A stretch of DNA of 64,000 nucleotides from an uncultured bacterium (GCA_963813815.1 CAWFAD010000016.1:256001-320000); one strand, 5' to 3'. Shown: positions 10,513 through 19,942, counted from the stretch's first letter. Notes: generated by a model from the sequence alone, not told the origin. Numbers and translations are program-made.

Positions 10513-11235
10513 ATGTCCGATACCAGAGAGAAGATCAGCTGCATCATAGCGGCGGCGGGTAGGGGCGTTCGTTTCGGGCGGGAGATGCCGAAGAGCTTCT
10601 ACCCGGTCGAGGGGCGGCCGCTGCTCGCGTGGTCGCTGCGGGCGCTCGGCGCCTGGGGGCGCATCGCCGAGTACGTCGTCATGGTTCCGCCGGGATGGGA
10701 GGCCGAGGCGGCGCGCGAGCTCGCCGAGGAAGCGCCCGGCGCGCCCGTCCGCGTTCTCGCGGGGGGCGAGACGAGGCAGGAATCGGTCGCCATCGGGCTC
10801 GAATCCGTCGTGGGGGCCGATCTCGTCCTCGTCCACGACGCCTGCCGTCCGATCGTGTCGGCTCAGCTCATCGAGCGAGTCGCCGCCGCCGCGCGCGAGC
10901 ACGGGGCGGCGGTTCCGGCCCTTCAGGTAGTCGAGACGCTCGGCCGCCTCAGGGACGACGCCCTCGAGGGGATCGTCCCGCGCGACCGCGTCGTCGGCAT
11001 CCAGACCCCGCAGGCCTTCCGCTACGAGGTGCTTTCGAAGGCCCTGCGCTCGGCCGGCGAGGCGGCGCATACGGCCACCGACGAGAGCTCGCTCGTGCTC
11101 CAGGCCGGCTTTCACGTGAAGGTCGTCGAGGGAGAGGTCTGGAACATCAAGGTCACCGTCAAAGAAGATCTCGAGATCATGGGGAGCTTTCTCTCGGGGC
11201 GGCGGCTCGAGATTTCTCCCCGCGCGGATCAGTGA
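10513..11235 (+). CDS. ispD: 2-C-methyl-D-erythritol 4-phosphate cytidylyltransferase
   Basis: AAAGRGxRFG..PK, GGETRQESV, VHDACRP, QTPQAF, TDE, NIKVT. Confidence 0.95.
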   Translation: MSDTREKISCIIAAAGRGVRFGREMPKSFYPVEGRPLLAWSLRALGAWGRIAEYVVMVPPGWEAEAARELAEEAPGAPVRVLAGGETRQESVAIGLESVVGADLVLVHDACRPIVSAQLIERVAAAAREHGAAVPALQVVETLGRLRDDALEGIVPRDRVVGIQTPQAFRYEVLSKALRSAGEAAHTATDESSLVLQAGFHVKVVEGEVWNIKVTVKEDLEIMGSFLSGRRLEISPRADQ

Positions 11236-11271
11236 CGTCGACTCCCGCCCTTCGGGAGCTCCGGAAACAGC

Positions 11272-11787
11272 ATGGGTTCATTTCGCATCGGCATCGGCTA
11301 CGACATTCACCCCCTCGTCCCCGGGCGGGCGCTCGTCCTCGGCGGCGTGCGCATAGACCATCCGCTCGGGCTCGCCGGGCATTCAGACGCTGACGCCCTC
11401 ATCCACGCTCTCTGCGACGCGCTGCTCGGCGCGGCGAATCTCGGAGATCTCGGCGCGCATTTCCCCGAAACGCCCGAATGGAAGGACGCGCCGAGCGCGC
11501 GCATCCTCGAGCGCGTCGCCGGGATGGTGGGCCGCGCCGGCTTCCGCCTCGTGAACGCCGATTGCATCGTCAACGCCGAGGAGCCGAAGATCGCGCCGCA
11601 TCGCGAGGCGATGGCCCGCGCGATGGCGAATGCCCTCGGGGTCGATCCCGGGCTCGTCTCCGTCAAGGCGACGCGGGGCGAGGGGCTCGGGCCGGTCGGC
11701 GAGCGGCGCGCGATCGCGGCGGAGGCGATCGTTCTCATCGAGCGGATCGGGGACCCGGCGGCTCTCCGTCCGGCGGGGGGGCGCTGA
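11272..11787 (+). CDS. ispF: 2-C-methyl-D-erythritol 2,4-cyclodiphosphate synthase
   Basis: RIGIGYDIH, GHSDADALIHALCDALLGA, DLGAHFP, SVKAT. Confidence 0.96.
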   Translation: MGSFRIGIGYDIHPLVPGRALVLGGVRIDHPLGLAGHSDADALIHALCDALLGAANLGDLGAHFPETPEWKDAPSARILERVAGMVGRAGFRLVNADCIVNAEEPKIAPHREAMARAMANALGVDPGLVSVKATRGEGLGPVGERRAIAAEAIVLIERIGDPAALRPAGGR

Positions 11788-13229
11788 TGGCGGGAATTCG
11801 CGTGAGATTCGCTCCGAGCCCGACGGGGCACCTGCACCTCGGCGGCGCGCGCACGGCTCTCTTCAACTGGCTCTTCGCGCGCCACGGGGGCGGCTCCTTC
11901 ATTCTTCGCATCGAGGACACCGATCTCGCCCGGTCGGAGCGCCGCCTCGAGGACGAACTCCTCGAGGATCTGGCGTGGCTCGGTTTCACCTGGGACGAGG
12001 GCCCGGGCCGCGGCGGCCCCGCGGGCCCGTACCGGCAGTCGGAGCGTCTCGACCTCTACCGCGAGAGCGCGGAGCGCCTCCTCTCCGCGGGCAAGGCCTA
12101 CCCCTGTTTCTGCTCCGACGAGGATCTCGCCCGCAAGCGGGAGGCTCAGCTCGCCGCCGGCCTCGCTCCGCGATACGACGGCGCCTGCCGCGCCCTCGAC
12201 CCGGCCGGGCGCGAGCGCGAGCGCGCGAAGGGAAGCCCCGAGAGCATCCGCTATCTCGCCCACGATCACGGGGAGCGGAGGATCGACGATCTCATCCGCG
12301 GCGAGGTCTCGTTTCCCGCCGGCATGGTGGGGGATTTCGTCATTCTTCGCTCGAACGGCCATCCCGTGTACAACTTCGCGGCGGTCGTCGACGACGCCGC
12401 CATGTCGATATCGCACGTGATCCGCGGCGAGGAGCATCTGTCGAACACGCTCCGGCAGGTCCTCCTCTACGAGGGGCTCGGGACGCCGGCCCCGCTCTTC
12501 GCGCACCTGCCGCTCATTCTCGCCGCCGACCGCTCGAAGCTCAGCAAGCGGCACGGCGCTCCGAACGTGAGCGACTTCCGCGAGCGCGGCTACCCCGTCG
12601 AGGCGATCATCAACTACCTCGCGTTTCTCGGCTGGTCGCCTCCGGGGGGAGGGGAGATACTGGCGGTGGAGGAGCTCGTCCGGGATTTTTCGCTCGAACG
12701 CGTCTCCCGCAGCCCCGGCATCTTCGACGAGGCAAAGCTCGACTGGGTCGCCGCGAATCACATCCGGCGCGGCGGGGCGGCGCGGTACTTCGAGGAGGCT
12801 CTGGAGTTCTTTCCCCCGGAGATTCGCGACGAGTACCAGCGCGAGACGTTGAAGGAGATTTTCGCGATCGCCTCCGAGAACCTGCCGTGCTTCTCGCGTC
12901 TCGCCGAGGAGGCGGCGCCGATGCGTCCGGGCGTCCCCCGGGCCGCCGGAGAGGCGCTCGACGCCGTGCGGGAGGCGAAGGGGCTCTTCGACGCCGCCGT
13001 CGAGATCTTCGGAGCGGTCGGGGAATGGAAGTCTCCCATGATCGGCGAGGCGATGAAGGCGCTCGGCCGGAAAACGGAACGAAAAGGAAAATCACTCTAC
13101 CTGCCGCTCCGCGCGGCGTTGACGGGGGCCCTGCACGGCCCCGATCTCTCGCGCGTGATGGAAATTCGGGGGCGGGAGGACGTGCTTGCCTGCCTGCGGA
13201 GCGCCGCATCGAGCGGCCCCGCGGCGTAA
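11787..13229 (+). CDS. gltX: Glutamate--tRNA ligase
   Basis: RFAPSPTGHLHLGGAR, RIEDTD, YRQSER, HVIRGEEH, KLSKR. Confidence 0.95.
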   Translation: MAGIRVRFAPSPTGHLHLGGARTALFNWLFARHGGGSFILRIEDTDLARSERRLEDELLEDLAWLGFTWDEGPGRGGPAGPYRQSERLDLYRESAERLLSAGKAYPCFCSDEDLARKREAQLAAGLAPRYDGACRALDPAGRERERAKGSPESIRYLAHDHGERRIDDLIRGEVSFPAGMVGDFVILRSNGHPVYNFAAVVDDAAMSISHVIRGEEHLSNTLRQVLLYEGLGTPAPLFAHLPLILAADRSKLSKRHGAPNVSDFRERGYPVEAIINYLAFLGWSPPGGGEILAVEELVRDFSLERVSRSPGIFDEAKLDWVAANHIRRGGAARYFEEALEFFPPEIRDEYQRETLKEIFAIASENLPCFSRLAEEAAPMRPGVPRAAGEALDAVREAKGLFDAAVEIFGAVGEWKSPMIGEAMKALGRKTERKGKSLYLPLRAALTGALHGPDLSRVMEIRGREDVLACLRSAASSGPAA

Positions 13230-13245
13230 CGGCGAAGGAGCGGGA

Positions 13246-14265
13246 ATGACATCGATGAAGATAGCGGTGCTGCTCGGCGGCGATTCTCCCGAGCGGGACG
13301 TTTCGCTCGCGAGCGGCGCGGCCGTCATCAGGGCGCTCCGCGCGCGCGGCCACGACGTCGTCGCGATCGATCCAGCGCTGCCGCCCGGCCTCCGGGCCGA
13401 GCCGGAGGCGGCGCGAATCGGCGATCGGCCGCCCGAGCGCGTCGCGCCGCTCCCGCCCGAGCAGGCCCTCGCCTGGCTCCATTCGAAGCCGGTCCGCGAG
13501 GCGGACGTCGTCATGAACGCGCTGCACGGGGTGTGGGGCGAGGACGGCGTCGCGCAGGCGCTTCTCGAGTCCGCGGGCGTGGCGTACACGGGCTCCGGCG
13601 TGCTCGCGAGCGCGCTCGCGATGAACAAGGACCGCTCGAAGGCGCTCTTCCGCGAGGCGGGGGTGCCCACCGCCCCGCATCGTCTTCTCGACGCCTCCTC
13701 TCCCGGGGCGGCGGAGCGCGCCGCCGCCGCGATTCGCGAGATCGGCCTTCCCGTCGTGGTCAAACCGAACTGCCAGGGCTCGAGCGTCGGGTTCTCGTTC
13801 GTGGAGAGCGAGGGGGGTCTCGGGGAGGCGCTCGAAGCCGCGGCGCGCTACGGCGGCGAATGCCTCGTCGAGCGGTACGTGCCGGGGCGCGAGCTCACCG
13901 CCGCCGTCCTCGGCGGGGAGGCCCTTCCGCTCGTCGAGATCATACCCACCGGAGGCTTTTACGATTATCAGCGCAAATACAAGAAGGGCGCGAGCCGCTA
14001 CGTCGTGCCGGCCGAGCTCGACGCGGCGGCGACGGAGCTCCTCCGGCGTCACGCGGTGCGCGCGTTCGAGGCGCTTCTCTGCCGAGACTACGCGCGGGTG
14101 GATTTCAGGTTCTCTCCCGAGGGGGAGCCGTTTTGCCTCGAGGTCAACACGTTGCCCGGCATGACCGATCTCTCGCTCGTGCCCATGGCGGCGCGCGCCG
14201 CCGGAATCGGGTTCGATGAGCTCGTCGAGCGGATTTGCCGGATGGCGCTCGCCAGGAAACGATAG
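13246..14265 (+). CDS. ddl: D-alanine--D-alanine ligase
   Basis: GGDSPERDVSLASG, LHGxWGEDG, GSSVG, FYDYQRKY, EVNTLPGMT. Confidence 0.95.
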   Translation: MTSMKIAVLLGGDSPERDVSLASGAAVIRALRARGHDVVAIDPALPPGLRAEPEAARIGDRPPERVAPLPPEQALAWLHSKPVREADVVMNALHGVWGEDGVAQALLESAGVAYTGSGVLASALAMNKDRSKALFREAGVPTAPHRLLDASSPGAAERAAAAIREIGLPVVVKPNCQGSSVGFSFVESEGGLGEALEAAARYGGECLVERYVPGRELTAAVLGGEALPLVEIIPTGGFYDYQRKYKKGASRYVVPAELDAAATELLRRHAVRAFEALLCRDYARVDFRFSPEGEPFCLEVNTLPGMTDLSLVPMAARAAGIGFDELVERICRMALARKR

Positions 14266-14277
14266 AAGGAGCGAACG

Positions 14278-15336
14278 ATGGATCGAATCGAATCGTTGAT
14301 GAAGGAGTTCACCGAGACGCCGGGAGTGAGCGGTTTCGAGGGAGAGGTGGCGAAGCTCCTCTCGCGGCATCTCGCCGGGATCGTCTCGATCGAGAAGGAC
14401 CGCCTCGGGTCGGCGATCGCTCGCCTGCGGGGCGGCCCCGAGCGGCCGCGCGTGATGCTCGCCGCGCACATGGACGAGGTCGGGTTCATGGTCTCGCATT
14501 TCACCGGGGGATTCGTCCGTTTCAACACCCTCGGCGGCTGGTGGGGGCCGCGGATGATCGGGCTTCCCGTGCGCATACGAACCGCCCGCGGCGACGTGCC
14601 GGGGGTCATCGCGTCGAAGAATCCGTTCGAGATGGAGGAGGAGGAGCGGAAGGGTCCCTTCAAGGCGAAGGATCTCTTCGTCGACGTCGGGCTCTTCGGC
14701 AAGAAAAAACCGGGCTCCCTCGGCATTCGCCCCGGCGATCCCGTCACGCCGGTCTGTCCGTTCACCCCTCTCTCCGGGGGCGCCTACATGGCCAAGGCGT
14801 GGGACGATCGCGCCGGGTGCGTGATGCTCGTCGAGGCGATGCGGGCGCTCGCCGCCGCGAAGCGCCCGAACTCGGTCCTCGGCGTCGGCACCGTGCAGGA
14901 GGAGGTCGGCATCCGGGGAGCGGCCACGAGCGGCTACCACGCGGATCCCGACGTGTGCATCGTTCTCGAGGTCGACGTGGCGCAGGACACGCCGGGCTCC
15001 GCTCCCGAGAGTCCGGGCAGGGTCGGCGACGGCGCTTCCGTTTGCGTCTACGACGCGACGCTCATTCCCAACACGAGGCTCCGCGACCACATCATCGCGC
15101 TCGCGGAGCGCAGGAAGATTCCGCACCAGCTGAGCGCCGTTCCCTTCGGAGGAACGGACGGCGGCCGCGTGCATCTCAACGCCCGGGGCGTGCCGACGAT
15201 CGTCATCGGCGTGCCGGCGCGGCACATTCACGGCGCGGCGGGCATCATCTGCCGCCGCGACTTCGACGCGGCCGTCAAGCTCGTCGTCGAGGTCGTCAAG
15301 ACGCTCGACGGCAAGACGGTGGCGGCCCTCGCATAG
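14278..15336 (+). CDS. M42 family metallo-aminopeptidase
   Basis: AAHMDEVG, KAWDDRAG, QEEVGIRGA, GGTDGG, RHIH. Confidence 0.93.
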   Translation: MDRIESLMKEFTETPGVSGFEGEVAKLLSRHLAGIVSIEKDRLGSAIARLRGGPERPRVMLAAHMDEVGFMVSHFTGGFVRFNTLGGWWGPRMIGLPVRIRTARGDVPGVIASKNPFEMEEEERKGPFKAKDLFVDVGLFGKKKPGSLGIRPGDPVTPVCPFTPLSGGAYMAKAWDDRAGCVMLVEAMRALAAAKRPNSVLGVGTVQEEVGIRGAATSGYHADPDVCIVLEVDVAQDTPGSAPESPGRVGDGASVCVYDATLIPNTRLRDHIIALAERRKIPHQLSAVPFGGTDGGRVHLNARGVPTIVIGVPARHIHGAAGIICRRDFDAAVKLVVEVVKTLDGKTVAALA

Positions 15337-15413
15337 GAAATCGGGGCCGGGTGACGGCCCTCCGTCCGGGGATCGCCCGGGCGGCGGGCGCCAAAGACGG
15401 AAAGGAACCGCGA

Positions 15414-16856
15414 ATGGCTCTCAAGGTGTACGACACGCTCCGCGCCCGCAAGGAGGAGTTCAAGCCCGTGAGTCCCGGCGCGGCCGGCATCTACTTCTGC
15501 GGCATGACGGTGCAGGACAAGCCCCACATCGGCCACATGCTCGCGTTCGTCGCCGGCGACATGATCCGCCGCTACCTGCTCTACCGGGGTTACGCGGTGA
15601 CCTACGTGCAGAACTTCACCGACATCGACGACAAGATCATCGCCAAGGCGAACGAGGAGGGCGTCGACTACCGCGTCATCGCCGAGCGGAACATGAAGGA
15701 GTATTTCAAGTACGCCGAGGAGCTCAACATCATGCGCGCCGACCGCTATCCGCTGGCGACCGAGCACATCGGCGACATCATCGCCCTCATCCGCTCGCTC
15801 GAGGAAAAGGGGTACGCGTACGCCTCCGGCGGGAACGTCTACTACCGCGTCCGCGCCTTCTCGAGCTACGGGCGTTTGTCGAAGCGCAACGTCGACGAGC
15901 TCGTGAGCGGCGCCCGCATCGAGGTGGGCGAGGCCAAGGAGGACCCGCTCGATTTCACGCTCTGGAAGGCCGCGAAGGAGGGGGAGCCCGCGTGGGAGAG
16001 CCCGTGGGGAAACGGGCGGCCGGGCTGGCACATCGAGTGCTCGGCCATGTCGATGAAGTACCTCGGGGCTACGATCGACATGCACGGCGGCGGGCAGGAT
16101 CTCATTTTTCCGCATCACGAAAACGAGATCGCGCAGAGCGAGGCGGCGACGGGGCGGCAGTTCATCCGGTACTGGATGCACAACGGCCTCCTCAATCTCC
16201 GCGGCGAGAAGATGTCGAAATCGACGGGGCACTTCTTCGCGATCGAGGACATCGCCAAGGAGTTCTCCGGCGAGGTGATCCGGTTCTACCTTCTCTCCAC
16301 GCACTTCCGGAGCAGCACCGAGTTCAGCCGCGAGCGGCTCCGCGAGGCGGAGGCGGGGCTCGAGCGGATTCGGAACGCCTGCGTCTGGATCGACGAGCGT
16401 CTGGGGGACTCGCCGCGGGGCGGCGCTCCCGAGGCGGCGGAGGAGTCGCGGCGCCTCGAAGCGCTCGTCGACGAGGTGACCGCCTCTTTCGTCGACGCGA
16501 TGGACGACGACTTCAACAGCGGCGAGGCGGCCGGGCATATCTTCCGGCTCGTCCGCGAGCTCAACCGGCTGCGGGCCGTGAACGAGGGAGGGAATATCGC
16601 CGTCTCGGCGGGCGCCCTCGAGAAGGCCCGCGGCGCCTTCGAGACCTTCGATCGCATCCTCGGGCTCTTCAAGGGGGGGCTCCCGAGCTCCCGGATGGAG
16701 ATCCCCGCGGAGGTCGAGGCCCTCGTCGCCGAGCGCGAGACGGCGCGCCGCGAGAAGAACTGGAAGCGCGCCGACGAGCTCCGCGCCCGGGTGGCCTCGC
16801 TCGGCTACGTCGTCGAGGATCGCCCCGCCGGCCCGCTCGTGAAGCGCGCCCGTTGA
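15414..16856 (+). CDS. cysS: Cysteine--tRNA ligase
   Basis: CGxTV..xPHIGH, NFTDIDDKII, GRPGWHIECSAM, DLIFPHHENE, KMSKS. Confidence 0.98.
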   Translation: MALKVYDTLRARKEEFKPVSPGAAGIYFCGMTVQDKPHIGHMLAFVAGDMIRRYLLYRGYAVTYVQNFTDIDDKIIAKANEEGVDYRVIAERNMKEYFKYAEELNIMRADRYPLATEHIGDIIALIRSLEEKGYAYASGGNVYYRVRAFSSYGRLSKRNVDELVSGARIEVGEAKEDPLDFTLWKAAKEGEPAWESPWGNGRPGWHIECSAMSMKYLGATIDMHGGGQDLIFPHHENEIAQSEAATGRQFIRYWMHNGLLNLRGEKMSKSTGHFFAIEDIAKEFSGEVIRFYLLSTHFRSSTEFSRERLREAEAGLERIRNACVWIDERLGDSPRGGAPEAAEESRRLEALVDEVTASFVDAMDDDFNSGEAAGHIFRLVRELNRLRAVNEGGNIAVSAGALEKARGAFETFDRILGLFKGGLPSSRMEIPAEVEALVAERETARREKNWKRADELRARVASLGYVVEDRPAGPLVKRAR

Positions 16857-16871
16857 CGCGCCCGGCGCGGC

Positions 16872-17369
16872 TCAGCCGTCGAGGCTCCGCCGCGGGGGAA
16901 AGGCGTCGCGCAGGGGGAGCAGCGCGAGCCACAGCAGGATCGGCACGAAGAAGTTGTTCGTGAGGTTCAGGATCTCCGTCCCCGTCCACCAGCCCTCGCT
17001 CTGCCGGTAGCTCGCCACGAACGCGAAGGTCACGGTGAGCGCGTTCAGAACGACGAGGATCGCCGTGCCCGCCGCCGCGGCGCGGAGCCTTGCCCGCCAC
17101 GAAACCCTTCCCACGGCCGCGACGAGCGAGAGGAACACGAGCGGGTTGAGCGAAATCTCCTCCGCGATGTTCATCGCCCGGCTCACGACCATTTCATATC
17201 CGAACAGGGAGAGCATCGGGCGCGCCGCGAGCGCGATGAACCGCACGTAGTACGTTCCGACGAAGAGGAAGTAGAGCGCGTAGAGCGCGATCGATATCGC
17301 GAGAAACCGCAGAACGAATACGAATATGTCCCGCCCGCTCACCGGAAGCGCCGTTCGGCGCGCGTCCAT
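16872..17369 (-). CDS. Exosortase-associated multi-pass membrane protein (exosortase-like, catalytic residues missing)
   Basis: 4-5 hydrophobic segments; pattern parallels the neighbouring exosortase but has no Cys or His; 6 nt downstream of it. Confidence 0.7.
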   Translation of the reverse strand: MDARRTALPVSGRDIFVFVLRFLAISIALYALYFLFVGTYYVRFIALAARPMLSLFGYEMVVSRAMNIAEEISLNPLVFLSLVAAVGRVSWRARLRAAAAGTAILVVLNALTVTFAFVASYRQSEGWWTGTEILNLTNNFFVPILLWLALLPLRDAFPPRRSLDG

Positions 17370-17375
17370 GCCGCC

Positions 17376-17933
17376 TCACCCCGCCGTCCGCGGCTTTACG
17401 ATCTTCCACATCCACACGATCACGAGGAGCAGCATGAAGATCACGAAGCCGACCTGCCAGAGGTATCCGTGGAAGAAATCGAAGAGATCCCGGCGGTGAT
17501 AGAGAACGAGCGCGACGAAAACCATGCGGACGAGGTTGAGGACGTGGATGGCCGGCACGCCGATGAGGAGCCCGACGGCCTTCTCGCCGATCCGCGCCGG
17601 AAACGCGCCGATGATGGCGATGTAGATGACCGTCGTGTAGAAGGCGGTGCACTCGGGGATGATCTGCATCCGTTCTCCGCCGTGCGCCGTGAAGAAGGTG
17701 AGGACGTACCCCTCGACCGTGTGGCTGTAACCGAGAAGATCGAGGACCCACGCGACTTCCCGGGCGATGACGACCTGCAGGCCGGCGATCGCTCCGGGAA
17801 GACGCAGGGACAAAAAATAGGAAAGAAGCCAGATGAAGAAGAAGAGAACAAGGAAGAGCAGAAACTCCCTCCGGAAGGACGGACCTCCCGGTTTCTTCTT
17901 TTCTTCGACTTCTGGCTTCTTTCCCTGGCCCAA
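17376..17933 (-). CDS. Exosortase/archaeosortase family transpeptidase, closest in form to exosortase H
   Basis: Short single-domain membrane protein with the Cys-Arg-His triad: IIPECTA, LNLVRMV, FHGYLWQ. Confidence 0.88.
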   Translation of the reverse strand: MGQGKKPEVEEKKKPGGPSFRREFLLFLVLFFFIWLLSYFLSLRLPGAIAGLQVVIAREVAWVLDLLGYSHTVEGYVLTFFTAHGGERMQIIPECTAFYTTVIYIAIIGAFPARIGEKAVGLLIGVPAIHVLNLVRMVFVALVLYHRRDLFDFFHGYLWQVGFVIFMLLLVIVWMWKIVKPRTAG

Positions 17934-17979
17934 TGAGTTACTCGCTGGGAGCGACTCTTGTTAAACGGCTACGGACGAA

Positions 17980-18963
17980 CTACGCCCTGGCCGCTGCGCG
18001 ACGGCGCATGAACACCGCGGCAGCGAGAATGAGCGCGAGCACCAGGATCGTGACGACCGGCACCGTAAAGAGAGGCACTTCCTGAGCCTCAACCACGTGG
18101 CACACCTGAACGCAGGTGTCGTAAACGGCCGGATCGCCGGTCCAAACGACAATCTGCAGGGTGTCATAGGTGCACAGTGCCGCGGCGCCAGCGTTCAGAA
18201 CCGCGTAAATGTCCTCGCACGTGCCCGGGAGCAATTCGACGAAACCGTTGTTGATCGTCGTCGGAATGTGCCCGGTCGTGGTGATGACATAGTCGATTCT
18301 CGTCAGAGGCGTGCAGTAGTCGCCGTTGCAGATCGCGAACGGGACGTACGCGGCGGTCTGGCCCTGCTCGACGAGCGTCAGGGTGTCCTGAAGGACCTCG
18401 AGAGGAACCGGGGCCTCGACGACCGTGATGATGAGCGTGTCGGCCGAGTAGTGATACAGGCCCGTCGACGGCCGGAGGTTCGGGTCGTTGCAGTCGCCGC
18501 AGGACGGGTCGCACACGCCGAGGTTGTTCACATAGGCGCAGATCGCGATGACGGTGTCCTTCATCCCGACCGGAAGCTCGCCCTCGCAGGGAGCCGTGAC
18601 CGTAATGAGCTGATACCAGAGGTAGCTGATGTCCAGCTCCTGCGGCAGGCCCATCTCGGGATCGCAGGTGAGCGTCCAGCCATTGGAGCTCGTCGCGTGG
18701 AAGCAGAGGGTGTCGAGAGCCTTGCAGGTGGAGGGCAGCCACACGTCGCTCGCGTTGTACGGTCCGAGCTCATACGTGAGGGAGTATCCCTTCCAGATCG
18801 TCGCGTAATCGGGACCCGGCTGGTTGTAATCGAGCCCATCGAGGTAGCCAAAGCCGTAAATGAACGCGGGGTCGCCTTCCCAAGTACAGCCCGCGGGCTG
18901 AGCAAACGAAGCCGCCGGCACAAGCAGGAGCGCCAGCATGGCAACGAGGATAATCTTCTTCAT
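17980..18963 (-). CDS. Secreted Cys-rich protein with C-terminal sorting signal (probable exosortase substrate)
   Basis: GGAGGA RBS, signal peptide MKKIILVAMLALLLVPAASFA, 15 Cys, C-terminus VPLFTVPV + TM helix + MRRRAAARA. Confidence 0.85.
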   Translation of the reverse strand: MKKIILVAMLALLLVPAASFAQPAGCTWEGDPAFIYGFGYLDGLDYNQPGPDYATIWKGYSLTYELGPYNASDVWLPSTCKALDTLCFHATSSNGWTLTCDPEMGLPQELDISYLWYQLITVTAPCEGELPVGMKDTVIAICAYVNNLGVCDPSCGDCNDPNLRPSTGLYHYSADTLIITVVEAPVPLEVLQDTLTLVEQGQTAAYVPFAICNGDYCTPLTRIDYVITTTGHIPTTINNGFVELLPGTCEDIYAVLNAGAAALCTYDTLQIVVWTGDPAVYDTCVQVCHVVEAQEVPLFTVPVVTILVLALILAAAVFMRRRAAARA

Positions 18964-19286
18964 TGTCAATTCCTCCAACGGTTCAAAGAATGCATCCGTA
19001 TTTCATGGGCCCTATCCCGAATATTCCGCCGGTTTGAGCAACCGGCATTCATGAATAGGGGTTGACGGTTGACGGTTCCCTTGAATTTATAAGGCTCTCA
19101 TCCCCCCTTTCCTCGTTCAGCACCGCACGTCGATACCCATAACGAAAGTAAAAAAGCACACGGGCGCATTGCGCCTCGCATGCCTCATCGATTGAAAAAA
19201 GCGGTCATAGGTATCCTGCTTCTTACCTATGCGATGCCACGAATGACCGAAGATCCTGGGCCATGAGGATCCCGATCACGAAGGCA

Positions 19287-19315
19287 ATTGTACACCCGGC
19301 GAGGCCAAAGGTCAA
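19287..19315 (-). promoter_or_regulatory. Sigma70-type promoter pointing toward the sorting locus
   Basis: Minus strand TTGACC (19315-19310), 17 nt, TACAAT (19292-19287). Confidence 0.55.
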
Positions 19316-19381
19316 GAGCAATGTTCGGGTTTCTGCGGGCTATCCGTTTGGTATCTCAGGCTCTTATGCCCAATTTTTCCC

Positions 19382-19410
19382 TTGACATCGCATTCTCTCG
19401 AAGATAATAT
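19382..19410 (+). promoter_or_regulatory. Sigma70-type promoter of the tRNA-tuf operon
   Basis: TTGACA (19382-19387), 17 nt, TAATAT (19405-19410), ~35 nt before tRNA-Thr. Confidence 0.7.
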
Positions 19411-19445
19411 TTGCCGTCTGGAGAGATTTTCGGGACAAATCCCGA

Positions 19446-19521
19446 GCTGGCGTAGCTCAATCGGTAGAGCAACTGATTTGTAATCAGTAGGTTGGGGGTT
19501 CGATTCCCTTCGCCAGCTCCA
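19446..19521 (+). tRNA. tRNA-Thr(TGT)
   Basis: Cloverleaf; anticodon arm ACTGA-TTTGTAA-TCAGT; GGTTCGATTCC; encoded CCA. Confidence 0.97.
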
Positions 19522-19638
19522 GTGAGCTCGATGAGGCCGCCGAGGATTTTTCTTCTCACTTTCTGAGAAAAAAATCGAACGGAAAGGGCCCGTTGGGGCC
19601 TTTTTTGCCTTTTTGGGGAAATTTTTTTCGGAATAGAC

Positions 19639-19723
19639 GGGGAGGTTCCCGAGCGGTCAAAGGGAACAGACTGTAAATCTGTCGCCGAAGGCTTCGGAGG
19701 TTCGAATCCTCCCCTCCCCACCA
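19639..19723 (+). tRNA. tRNA-Tyr(GTA)
   Basis: ACAGA-CTGTAAA-TCTGT; long variable arm; GGTTCGAATCC; CCA. Confidence 0.97.
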
Positions 19724-19765
19724 GACTTTGGAATCGGGATATCGGCGAATCCCCTTTCCAGAGGG

Positions 19766-19841
19766 GCGGGAATAGCTCAGTTGGTAGAGCATCAGCCTTC
19801 CAAGCTGAGGGTCGCGGGTTCAAATCCCGTTTCCCGCTCCA
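19766..19841 (+). tRNA. tRNA-Gly(TCC)
   Basis: TCAGC-CTTCCAA-GCTGA; GGTTCAAATCC; CCA. Confidence 0.97.
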
Positions 19842-19866
19842 GATTTGAGGAATCGACCGAACGGCG

Positions 19867-19942
19867 GCCCACGTAGCTCAGTTGGTGGAGCACTTCCTTG
19901 GTAAGGAAGAGGTCACCGGTTCGATTCCGGTCGTGGGCTCCA
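19867..19942 (+). tRNA. tRNA-Thr(GGT)
   Basis: CTTCC-TTGGTAA-GGAAG; GGTTCGATTCC; CCA; classic Thr-Tyr-Gly-Thr-tuf order. Confidence 0.97.

Noticed and set aside
19583..19606. Terminator-like hairpin (AAAGGGCCC-GTTG-GGGCCTTTTTT) between tRNA-Thr and tRNA-Tyr
   Set aside because: Plausible partial terminator or processing stem, but such spacer stems are common in tRNA operons and cannot be assessed from sequence alone.
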